In this document: positions 56,243-64,000 of the stretch, in pieces | How positions within the stretch are numbered: position 1 is the first letter of the stretch | Layout: every line of letters begins with the position of its first letter | Virus record (IMG/VR): IMGVR_UViG_3300025770_001492 | Coordinates: 1-64,000 of that record | DNA length: 64,000 nt | Direction: 5' to 3' (one strand) | Translations under genes and position numbers: made by a program | The notes under the pieces: model-generated | Told to the model about the DNA's origin: nothing | Database searches by the model: none | The model's input: only the letters and a program-made list of their open reading frames with translations

Positions 56243-56316
56243 AATATTTTAACTCTTCTGTTCGGACGTTACTAGCCCGAATTAATAATTGTGTAGCTTT
56301 ATATAGAGTGTTGTTA

Positions 56317-56574
56317 TTATTTTTTCAAATTAAAAAAATCGAGCCTCCCAATTGCCTTATCAAAACCTTTTGCCCAAATGTCTAGATATCCACTATTTGA
56401 CGGCGACTCTCTGATTGTGTTTGGAATATTTTCAAAATATACTGAGACAGAATTTTCGATCTGACTTTTCCAGCCAATAGCAGGATACCTTTTAGGACCA
56501 GTAGCGACTCCATCTGAAAAAGTTGCCCACTCTTCCTTGTTCTCAATTATGTAAATGTTTTCTAACTTGATCAT
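56317..56574 (-). CDS. hypothetical protein
   Basis: Coupled ORF. Confidence 0.5.
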   Translation of the reverse strand: MIKLENIYIIENKEEWATFSDGVATGPKRYPAIGWKSQIENSVSVYFENIPNTIRESPSNSGYLDIWAKGFDKAIGRLDFFNLKK

Positions 56575-56771
56575 TCGTTTATCCTTTTGTGGAATTTGAG
56601 CATGATTTCTGCTACAGCTTCGGTATCATTGCTCCAAGACTCACCTTCTTCTGCGTCTTTTTGACGAATCATGTCTAAGGCCAACGATTTCAAACTATCG
56701 TCTTCGTCTGGAAGGTAGCCTTTGTTGTATAAATCTTTCCATTCATGAAGAGCTAGTGCATTTCGTTTCAT
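56571..56771 (-). CDS. hypothetical protein
   Basis: Coupled ORF. Confidence 0.5.
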   Translation of the reverse strand: MKRNALALHEWKDLYNKGYLPDEDDSLKSLALDMIRQKDAEEGESWSNDTEAVAEIMLKFHKRINE

Positions 56772-56813
56772 TAAACTATCCTTTAAGATTTTCTTTAACT
56801 CGTTTGTCTTTCA

Positions 56814-57350
56814 CTACAAAAAATCCTTTGAATTTTCAGGAGAGTAATACAATGGAAAAGTCAAAGGAAACAATGTTTCTTCAGGTTCTTTTTGAAGCAA
56901 ATTGTTCAAAATATTATGCAATGCTTCATTTTGAAATAAGTTATTGCTTGCTGCTGCTCTGATACCTGTATCTACCTCTCTTTGGTCTTTAGCCAACTGT
57001 TCAAATGTGATGGGAACATCGGACAATTCGATTTCAGGATTGTTTAAATCTCCAAGAGGTATCTCTTTCGGAACAGACTTAACTTCATTGCCTTCAAGCA
57101 CGTTAAGTATTTGAATCAGCAATTCTGAGTTCTGCATTTCAACAGCGGAGTTTACTCCAAGGCTGTTGATTTGCTTGGTGTTCCATTGAATCGCACTTTC
57201 GAGGTTCTTGTTGACCACTAACTCTCGTTTATCACGTTCCGCACTGTTTGCGTTTTCTTTTAGCCAAAAAGTAAAGCTAATTCCAATCCCAAGAATTAAG
57301 ACAACAGAAAACACTTTTAGGTTTAAAAATTTCATAACAATTCCTTTCAT
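56814..57350 (-). CDS. membrane-anchored hypothetical protein
   Basis: N-terminal TM helix. Confidence 0.55.
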   Translation of the reverse strand: MKGIVMKFLNLKVFSVVLILGIGISFTFWLKENANSAERDKRELVVNKNLESAIQWNTKQINSLGVNSAVEMQNSELLIQILNVLEGNEVKSVPKEIPLGDLNNPEIELSDVPITFEQLAKDQREVDTGIRAAASNNLFQNEALHNILNNLLQKEPEETLFPLTFPLYYSPENSKDFL

Positions 57351-57697
57351 ATCTTTCCGAGTTCTTTTTTGATTTCATCTAACTCTGCTTCCATTCGCTC
57401 GATCTTCTTGAGGCAAACGGCAACAATTGCTTTTTCTCGTGTCCATGCAAATAAGTTATCAGCTTGCTCCTGTGTGGGGCACCAAGCAAGCATTTCTTCT
57501 AGTTCTTCTGGCGACAACGGTTTAACTTTTTTTGGGAGATCAGTCATTTCCTTTTTCTTTTCATCATCAGGATACCTAGCTATTTTGTGATCGCACTTGG
57601 TACACGCTAGAGGCTCATCTCCTCGATCACAGTAAAAAGACCATTCATAATATTTTCCCTTTTTACATTTTACACATTTTTTATCAAGCATGTCCAT
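57347..57697 (-). CDS. zinc-ribbon and coiled-coil protein
   Basis: CVKC...CTKC; start re-set to MDML. Confidence 0.55.
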   Translation of the reverse strand: MDMLDKKCVKCKKGKYYEWSFYCDRGDEPLACTKCDHKIARYPDDEKKKEMTDLPKKVKPLSPEELEEMLAWCPTQEQADNLFAWTREKAIVAVCLKKIERMEAELDEIKKELGKI

Positions 57698-57699
57698 AG

Positions 57700-58230
57700 T
57701 TACCAAGCCTCTGCCCATAGTTGTTCGTCGTCCCACTCCCATGCTACACGGCGGTTTCCGCAAGCACATCTTCGTTCGATTCCGTCCCAGCCTGCGCAAT
57801 CTTCGTCGAAATCGTGGCAGTTCCATCCTTGAAAATCAATAAACACTTCGTTGTGAATCCTAACAGAGAATTGCTTGTCGAAGGATTGTAAGATTTTTGA
57901 CAAATCAGGGTGACACTTATAGACATTCTCAATGTGCTTCCGAACTTCCGGCACATCAGAGCACGGTTTAACTTTTATTTCTTCTATTCTTGATCTCGTG
58001 GAGTTTGCATATCGAACAAAACATTCATAATGAACATCTGTGTCTAGGCGTTCCTCAAGCGGATCAAACTTTTTAAATTCAAAATCAAAGAAAACGTATG
58101 AATCACTTTCCTCAATTGGAAACTTATGCTCGTAAGAGTGGAAAGCTCCTATCTCTTTGATAATTAAAGTTCTATCTTTTTCTAAACGTTTGGCAGATGG
58201 CTTAGGAACCACAACGTGATAGTTCTTCAT
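57700..58230 (-). CDS. hypothetical phage protein
   Basis: C-terminal DCAGWDG...RCACGNRRVAWE Cys-rich module. Confidence 0.6.
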   Translation of the reverse strand: MKNYHVVVPKPSAKRLEKDRTLIIKEIGAFHSYEHKFPIEESDSYVFFDFEFKKFDPLEERLDTDVHYECFVRYANSTRSRIEEIKVKPCSDVPEVRKHIENVYKCHPDLSKILQSFDKQFSVRIHNEVFIDFQGWNCHDFDEDCAGWDGIERRCACGNRRVAWEWDDEQLWAEAW

Positions 58231-58412
58231 TTTGGTTGAATCCCATGCGGATTTTGAGAAAGAATATAAGTCTTCAACAGTTCCATAGACTCTGCTTCTG
58301 TGAAGCCTTCTCTTTTACATCCATTAAAAACTTCTCGCCAAGTTCGGGGGAAAATTTCTCCCGCCTGTGTTATGGCTTGCTCAAGATTGTGTCTTTCAGG
58401 TCCATCTAACAT
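58227..58412 (-). CDS. hypothetical protein
   Basis: Coupled ORF. Confidence 0.5.
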   Translation of the reverse strand: MLDGPERHNLEQAITQAGEIFPRTWREVFNGCKREGFTEAESMELLKTYILSQNPHGIQPK

Positions 58413-58615
58413 GGATAAATGCTCACAATTGTGGAAATTTCGATATCGCTGAATTTGTTATCAGTCAAATTCCAAACTAATATCTTATCAGATTCTTGTT
58501 GGTTTTTCTTCTCTACAGTGCATTTTTTTTTGTGAATTTTGCTTGATGTAAGCGATTCGTATTCAACGATCATCTCTTTTTCAAACAAAGCATCTTGCAC
58601 ATATTCAAATTTCAT
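58406..58615 (-). CDS. small beta-barrel (WYL/SH3-like) protein
   Basis: Pattern VEYE...CT...LVWNL...FSDIEISTI. Confidence 0.35.
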   Translation of the reverse strand: MKFEYVQDALFEKEMIVEYESLTSSKIHKKKCTVEKKNQQESDKILVWNLTDNKFSDIEISTIVSIYPC

Positions 58616-58647
58616 TGTACTAATTTGTCCATTTGAGTAAACTGCAA

Positions 58648-59367
58648 TTAACTAAAAAATCTCACATCCTCTGGATAAGCTTTTTTGATTAGTTCTATTG
58701 CTTTTTCATCTAGGTAGTCATCGTATTTCCAGCCCCTTTTTCTTAGACTATGTCCTTCTACAGATCTATTTTTAAAATTGAGGTCATACTTTTTGTTCAA
58801 CCTCTCTAACTCTTGATCCAAGTTGACGATATTAACCTTCTCATCGATTTTGGTTTCCACAAATTGCTTAATAGTGTGAACCCTGCATTGATGGCAGGCT
58901 GCAACCGAACCCTTTATCAACCCTTCCAAGAATTGGTGAATTGAGTCACACTTAAAACGACATTCGATTGCCATGTATCCGTCTTTTTGAATCAACTTTT
59001 GACCATTGGTTGGCTTGTAGAAAACAGGGTGCTCTTTGTATTCTTGATTCCAAGCAAAGCAACATGCGGCCCTTTGAAAAGGGTCTCTATAGAATTGAAT
59101 TTTTAAATATTCATCAAAGTCGATTCCTCTTTTTATTTCGTGAAAATGTTTAACCTTTTCATAAAAAGAAGGAGTATGGATGTCAAATTTTTTCTCAGGT
59201 AGTTCAACTCCCACATGATCATAAAAAATACTTTTAGCCGTCGTGCATCCACATTTTGGAGTGTAGATGAAAACGATTTTTCTTTCATGGTCAAACAAAG
59301 CTTGACGACTACCGCCCGGTTTTTTAAACACCTCTTCCCATCTATCGGGAACTAAGCTTTCACCCAC
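58648..59367 (-). CDS. sulfotransferase family 2
   Basis: YTPKCGCTT, FYRDPFQR. Confidence 0.8.
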   Translation of the reverse strand: MGESLVPDRWEEVFKKPGGSRQALFDHERKIVFIYTPKCGCTTAKSIFYDHVGVELPEKKFDIHTPSFYEKVKHFHEIKRGIDFDEYLKIQFYRDPFQRAACCFAWNQEYKEHPVFYKPTNGQKLIQKDGYMAIECRFKCDSIHQFLEGLIKGSVAACHQCRVHTIKQFVETKIDEKVNIVNLDQELERLNKKYDLNFKNRSVEGHSLRKRGWKYDDYLDEKAIELIKKAYPEDVRFFS

Positions 59368-59785
59368 AAGATAGCCCTTCTAAAAAGTCATTATCAAATT
59401 GGTTTTTCTCACCAATTTCTTCAGAAGGAGGGTCTGTAACATCTGAAAGAAGATAATCGTACAAAATTTCAACATCGTCGCTGCAATCGTCTATTTGCTC
59501 AGAAGGAGGGATGCTTGACTCCGCTGGAATTCCCGATCTATCGACTTTCATAACATATCGAGCGAATAAAGGGTTGACACCTATTTGCTTCCATACCGTG
59601 AATACTATATTAGGTTCACCCGCTGGAGGCAGAGATGTAAGCTTATATCCTGGATCGGAATAACTTATATAGGGATCTGGATCAGGGGAAACGGCAGGGC
59701 CTTGATATTCAGAATCCCAACTAATACACCTATCTCTTGTTTTTTGCGTTACTGCTAAAACTAAATCTTTATTACTACATGCCAT
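59360..59785 (-). CDS. hypothetical Pro/Asp-rich protein (possibly late/structural)
   Basis: GATAAATA box just upstream of the MACSN start. Confidence 0.5.
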   Translation of the reverse strand: MACSNKDLVLAVTQKTRDRCISWDSEYQGPAVSPDPDPYISYSDPGYKLTSLPPAGEPNIVFTVWKQIGVNPLFARYVMKVDRSGIPAESSIPPSEQIDDCSDDVEILYDYLLSDVTDPPSEEIGEKNQFDNDFLEGLSCG

Positions 59786-59796
59786 GAAATTATTTA

Positions 59797-60411
59797 TCAC
59801 TCACAGGTATAAATCGCATCGCAAAAATTATCATTTATTGCGTACCTTAAAACCTGATTATATCCGAATGATTTTAGAAACTCATTTATTGTTTCTTCGG
59901 ATGGAATGATGTCTCTGGCAGGTTTTGGGCGAACTTCCAAGTTAATCCACTTAATCCTTTTTTCTCTGAGCATATTGGAAGCACCCATCAACGCCTTCAA
60001 CTCAGCACCCTCTATATCCATCCAAAGAATGACTTTGTCCAAACATCCTAGTTGCTGATCGAACCAGTCTATAGTTTTAGCAGTTACTTTTTCAGATACT
60101 GCGAGCTTATTTTTTCTTCCTTGATTGAATACCGTTGGAGCATCTCCAAACTTAGCTTGCTTTGTTTTTCTGTGAAGAGTTAATTGAGTGTTTTCATCCC
60201 ACGCCGCATATGGAAGCAAAAGGCCGGGGAACTTAGGAATCAATCGCCTATATCTTACCCAACAAGGCTCAAATCCATACAGTGCCATATCGGGGTATCT
60301 TTTCCCAAGTGTAATATATTCCGACTTAGGCCCGACTCCAATGTCGTACATTGCTTTTGGTGCTTCATCAACAAACTGACAAATGACTGCCTCTTTTTTT
60401 TTCTGATCCAT
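59797..60411 (-). CDS. FkbM family methyltransferase
   Basis: YDIGVG, FEP, LWMDIEGAEL. Confidence 0.82.
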   Translation of the reverse strand: MDQKKKEAVICQFVDEAPKAMYDIGVGPKSEYITLGKRYPDMALYGFEPCWVRYRRLIPKFPGLLLPYAAWDENTQLTLHRKTKQAKFGDAPTVFNQGRKNKLAVSEKVTAKTIDWFDQQLGCLDKVILWMDIEGAELKALMGASNMLREKRIKWINLEVRPKPARDIIPSEETINEFLKSFGYNQVLRYAINDNFCDAIYTCE

Positions 60412-61622
60412 CAGTAACGCTCCAAAAATATGGTTGGATCTTCTACATCTTTCATTTCATCCAACCAATCGAAATTTACAGGTTTACCAATGGGGTTTTT
60501 AGGGTTATCCGTCGTGAACTCATAAAAGCATGGATATCCTTTGCAATGAAGCCAAACTAAAAAAGGAATATGATCGTTTATAGCGTGGTCTAATCCTTGA
60601 TAAATTCTTTTTTCCTTATCACTATCTAGTCCTCGATATGCAAAACTTTCAGGGGTGTTTCGCATCCCTGTAACAAGAAATGTTTTTGCAACCCAGTTAT
60701 TCGAGGCAACTTTGTCCCTGTAAAAGGATAAAGGACAATATCCTGTTCGGACTACATATTTAAGATTCTTCAGGTTAGATGTATCGTCCCAGTGAAAAAA
60801 CTTGCGATCTCGCCCACAAGCACTTGCAATTTCTACGGACGAACACATAAAGTATAACTCTAAAGTTTCATTCTTCACCTCGTAGTGCATTTTTCCAGAG
60901 ACAACCCCATGAAGAAGAGACAAGTCATAGTGCGACTTTGGCTTGTCCCCCAAAAGACACCTCTGGATAATTCTGTCATACGCATGTGATGCAAATGCTA
61001 AATTTGCTGGGAGCCTGTTCACAATTAATTTGTTGTCTGAGTCTGGAAAATACAACCTTCCGAGATCTGTGGACTTCGTGAGAATTTCAGTAAATGAAAC
61101 CCTTATCTTATTGTTCCCGCCCAAACCTAGCTGAAACATGTTTTCAGGACAATATTCTTTCAACTTGTCCTTGGAAATCATTTCAAAGACGATTTCTCCA
61201 AGCCTTTTAACAACTCCGTCAATCATCACATCACAAAGTATGCTTACCCTATGATTATATTCAGATTCCGACTTAGCTTTTTTGCCATCCCAAAAAGCAT
61301 TAAAAGCGTTCTCGAAAAGAGCGTGAACACGATCTGTGTATTCAGTTCTTCGGATAGTGTTTTTCGAGTAATTGCTGTGATTGTGTAGGATGTTTAAAAG
61401 ATAAAAGCAACGAAGAACTCTTACTTGAGCAGAGTTGAAATAGTTATCTAAGTTTCCCAATATCTTTTCAAGATTGGAAACCACAATATTCTTAAATTCA
61501 GAATGGCGACAATCAAAAGCCTCAATGCCGAACTTTGTTCGGAGTGTGTTGTTCTTTTTCCGAAGATTTTGCTTTTGCTTCTTTCGCTTCTTATCCGCCT
61601 TTCTAATCTTTTTACTAGACAT
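60411..61622 (-). CDS. hypothetical protein with basic N-terminus
   Basis: 403-aa ORF with upstream promoter. Confidence 0.65.
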   Translation of the reverse strand: MSSKKIRKADKKRKKQKQNLRKKNNTLRTKFGIEAFDCRHSEFKNIVVSNLEKILGNLDNYFNSAQVRVLRCFYLLNILHNHSNYSKNTIRRTEYTDRVHALFENAFNAFWDGKKAKSESEYNHRVSILCDVMIDGVVKRLGEIVFEMISKDKLKEYCPENMFQLGLGGNNKIRVSFTEILTKSTDLGRLYFPDSDNKLIVNRLPANLAFASHAYDRIIQRCLLGDKPKSHYDLSLLHGVVSGKMHYEVKNETLELYFMCSSVEIASACGRDRKFFHWDDTSNLKNLKYVVRTGYCPLSFYRDKVASNNWVAKTFLVTGMRNTPESFAYRGLDSDKEKRIYQGLDHAINDHIPFLVWLHCKGYPCFYEFTTDNPKNPIGKPVNFDWLDEMKDVEDPTIFLERY

Positions 61623-61666
61623 TGTGAAAACCTTTAAAAGCGAGAAATAAATTCCTTCCTACTTAC

Positions 61667-61694
61667 ATTCTACTGTTTTTTCTACGTCTGTAAA
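61667..61694 (-). promoter_or_regulatory. promoter TTTACA-N16-TAGAAT
   Basis: Same spacing as the other N16 promoters. Confidence 0.65.
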
Positions 61695-61757
61695 CAAAAA
61701 AAAAGACAGGCTGAGATTAACCTGTCTTCGAAGCATCCTTGTTACCGTACCGCACTC

Positions 61758-61943
61758 TTAAACTTGGCTCACAGACTTTTGGAAACCTGTACCAGAGCAT
61801 CTGGGGCATTTTATCATTCGTTTTCCTACGTTGCTATTGTGCCAACCTCCGCCGCCACAATACTTACAAGGCTTCTTGTCTGTAGTTGTTATACAATTTT
61901 TAGTTTCGTTGTAAACTATAGTTTTGAAAATTTTTTCTAACAC
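61758..61943 (-). CDS. DnaJ-type zinc-finger small protein
   Basis: CKYCGGGG...CPRCSGTG. Confidence 0.6.
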   Translation of the reverse strand: MLEKIFKTIVYNETKNCITTTDKKPCKYCGGGGWHNSNVGKRMIKCPRCSGTGFQKSVSQV

Positions 61944-62146
61944 TTAATTTTCACCCTTCTCTTTCGCAGAGAGGTATGGACAACTTTTTTTCAGTTTTAA
62001 CTTTTTTTGGCGTTGTTTTGTTGATTCCGACATCAGAAAATGCCAAAAGCATGTTTTCGCCTTTTCTGGATCGCCTAACTGCTGCCTCGTTCAAAGCTTT
62101 AATAGTTTCCAAGCACCACATAGTTAACTTTCTGTAAATGATGAAG

Positions 62147-62206
62147 GATTCGAACTTGCGGCCTCAAGGTTATGAGCCTTGCGAGATACCCCTTCTCCAT
62201 CCTGCG
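62147..62206 (-). pseudogene. 3'-truncated initiator-like tRNA-Met(CAU)
   Basis: CGCAGGA start, GAGA/TCTC D stem, CAAGG-CTCATAA-CCTTG arm, TTCGAAT loop; 3' T-stem and acceptor strand do not pair. Confidence 0.7.
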
Positions 62207-62241
62207 TCATTGTAATTTTATTGTAGTCAGAACAATTCAAA

Positions 62242-62341
62242 AAAATGAAAAAACGGGAAACCACACCTGAACTTGCGGGGGATCAAGTTTGGATTAAACA
62301 TTAGAATGCGGGGTCTAATGCCTAACCCGTTTTTTCATTTT
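62242..62341. ncRNA. candidate three-way-junction RNA
   Basis: 16-bp perfect closing stem plus two hairpins whose loop regions both carry GCGGGG. Confidence 0.5.
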
Positions 62342-62497
62342 GAGTGTAACAGTGGCCGACTATTACACTAAGTGTTTCAAAAAGAATGCAGGAGCCTAAT
62401 CACTCCCAAGGAATTGAAGCCCTCTCAGAAAACAATTATTCTGGTACTTGCCACCTAAGTGCTATGCATCGCACAATTACATTCTATGTTTCAAATG

Positions 62498-62860
62498 TTA
62501 CTTGGTTTCTTTTTCGTTGACAAGCTCAATTTTCTTTTCAACTTTCGAAGCCATAATTTGAACCTCAGTACCTCTGTCATATCCATCATGCCAAATTTGC
62601 TCATAATGTTCTGGGCGGCTCAATGTCTCGACCACCCCAGAAACATAGTTTCTGGTGCCAACCATTTCACTTTCGGACTTAGCGATTTTCAACTCATACA
62701 TAAGGTCACGAATTTGATCGTCAGCTATCTCTCTAGCTCTATCTGAATACTCGACAATACTTTCGAGTCTTTCGACCTTATTTTCAGAATAAATGTAATA
62801 ATGAATCGCCACAGATGCTAAACAAATTCCAAGCAGCGAATAAACAGGTTTCTTGTCCAT
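62498..62860 (-). CDS. membrane-anchored coiled-coil protein
   Basis: N-terminal TM helix; start re-set to MDKKP. Confidence 0.55.
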   Translation of the reverse strand: MDKKPVYSLLGICLASVAIHYYIYSENKVERLESIVEYSDRAREIADDQIRDLMYELKIAKSESEMVGTRNYVSGVVETLSRPEHYEQIWHDGYDRGTEVQIMASKVEKKIELVNEKETK

Positions 62861-62909
62861 TTGTATCTCCTTAAGATAGGACGCCAGAAATAAAACACTT
62901 GAGTGCTTT

Positions 62910-62937
62910 ATCATACAGAAATTATTATTTCTGTAAA
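62910..62937 (-). promoter_or_regulatory. promoter TTTACA-N16-TATGAT overlapped by a 9-bp inverted repeat
   Basis: TACAGAAAT-TATT-ATTTCTGTA at 62914-62935. Confidence 0.6.
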
Positions 62938-62939
62938 GT

Positions 62940-63575
62940 CTAATCCTCTATCTCGGCTCGAATTTTTTCTATTGCGTTAAACGCACAGTGTCTTGCCCCC
63001 GCCCGTGTCATGTCGAAGCAATCACCTATTTCTTGCCAAGATTTATTCTCTAGAAATCTCATTTTCAGCATTTGTTTGTCTCTTTGATGTTTCTCTCCTT
63101 CAGAATCATCACAACTGAAAATTTTATCAAAATCCAAATCTGGGAGTTTTTCCTCTGCTTGTTCTTCAGGAAAATCAAGATTGTCTAACTCTGAAATTCT
63201 AACCAAAGGAATGTTTCTCTTTTTCCTCTGATTGAACTTAAACGAATCTAAGATTCTATTTCTCATGCATTTCCATGCGTAAGTCGAGAAGGCATCATTT
63301 ATGTGTGGATCATACGTTGACGCCGCATCCCATAAGCCAATCAAGGCAATTGAATATTCTTCTGAATCTCGAACCTCAATCGAATTTTTGACATAACGAG
63401 ACGCACATTTGAGAGCCAACCCAATGTGGTCTTCAACCGAAATAGGAACAATCTTTTCTTCTAGAAAAATTGTTTCTACAGGAATTTCAGATTTTAAAGG
63501 AGCAGAAATCAGATCTAACATAAACCAGTCTTTGGCGTTTAAAAGTAAATCATCCCTGATTCTGTTGTTGTTCAA
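62940..63575 (-). CDS. sigma-70 family RNA polymerase sigma factor (regions 2 and 4)
   Basis: IGLWDAASTYDP...AFSTYAWKCMRNRILD; MRFLENKSWQEIG HTH. Confidence 0.88.
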   Translation of the reverse strand: MNNNRIRDDLLLNAKDWFMLDLISAPLKSEIPVETIFLEEKIVPISVEDHIGLALKCASRYVKNSIEVRDSEEYSIALIGLWDAASTYDPHINDAFSTYAWKCMRNRILDSFKFNQRKKRNIPLVRISELDNLDFPEEQAEEKLPDLDFDKIFSCDDSEGEKHQRDKQMLKMRFLENKSWQEIGDCFDMTRAGARHCAFNAIEKIRAEIED

Positions 63576-63661
63576 CCCCTCCTACTTGGTGGCATGCGGA
63601 AGGCCCGCATCGAGTAAAAATTATAGTAGCCAACAAAATTGGTGTTGTAAAGTCTTAAAAA

Positions 63662-64000
63662 TCAATTTTTTCTCTTGTTCGCAATCGACATATGAAAAGT
63701 TTTTTGAAATCCTTCGGGAAGAATCGAGAAATTTTCTTCGCAAGAAAGCCCCAACTCTGTTCGGATTTCTTCAAATCTTTTAGAAAAAGCATTGATCCAA
63801 AAATAAACTTCACCTTCCCTTATAATCCCATCGTAAAAGAATTCAACCGCTTCTCCCTCGTATTGTCCCCAATTAGACATATCCGTGGGCTTATCGTATT
63901 CTAACCCGTTCTTTTCACGCACAATTGTAATGTGTGCAGGATATCGTAAACCATTTACATTCTTGTACTTAGGAACCAATTTTCGATAATAATCGGCTAT
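63662..64000 (-). CDS. 2H phosphoesterase-like protein, partial (frame continues past the right edge)
   Basis: HITI and HMSI motifs; frame open to the window end. Confidence 0.55.
   Translation of the reverse strand: MADYYRKLVPKYKNVNGLRYPAHITIVREKNGLEYDKPTDMSNWGQYEGEAVEFFYDGIIREGEVYFWINAFSKRFEEIRTELGLSCEENFSILPEGFQKTFHMSIANKRKN

Noticed and set aside
62398-62460. Degenerate tRNA-like fold on the minus strand (GGT/ACC, CAGAA/TTCTG, CTTCAAT loop)
   Set aside because: Poor acceptor stem, 8-nt anticodon loop and non-canonical T loop; at most an old remnant.
1-64000. Eukaryotic giant-virus or cellular chromosome origin
   Set aside because: Bacterial SD sites, sigma70 promoters, CsrA and intrinsic terminators argue against a giant virus; the absence of core cellular genes and the abundance of small orphans argue against a chromosome.
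1-64000. Stop-codon recoding (alternative genetic code)
   Set aside because: Genes are full length and tightly packed under code 11, and no suppressor tRNA is present.

Overview
A 64 kb, AT-rich, gene-dense segment of a large (jumbo-type) bacteriophage genome. Phage origin is supported by bacterial Shine-Dalgarno sites, sigma70-like and TAAATA-type promoters, rho-independent terminators, a phage sigma factor, tRNAs without encoded CCA and many small orphan ORFs; no ribosomal or other core cellular genes are present. Two CsrA paralogues and an FGE-sulfatase domain weakly suggest a Planctomycetota-like host (inference). The window holds host-like genes (ClpX, PRPP synthetase, RNase HI, PEP carboxykinase, proline dehydrogenase, M42 peptidase), a ~23 kb glycan-building cluster (glycosyl-, sulfo- and methyltransferases, nucleotide-sugar enzymes) and a set of RNA repair-type enzymes. 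The top finding is a tRNA-Thr(UGU) gene split in its anticodon by a 158-nt insert made of two complete tRNA genes (Pro-UGG and Gly-UCC). Both Thr halves still pair perfectly, suggesting maturation by excision of the inner tRNAs and religation. Other highlights: two covarying RNA hairpins upstream of a TerD-like gene, a circularly permuted FGE-sulfatase domain inside a methyltransferase, several unexplained structured intergenic RNAs, and shared C-terminal tags on the glycan enzymes next to a phage ClpX. No CRISPR array, rRNA or transposase was seen. All functional calls come from motif recognition by eye, not database searches.
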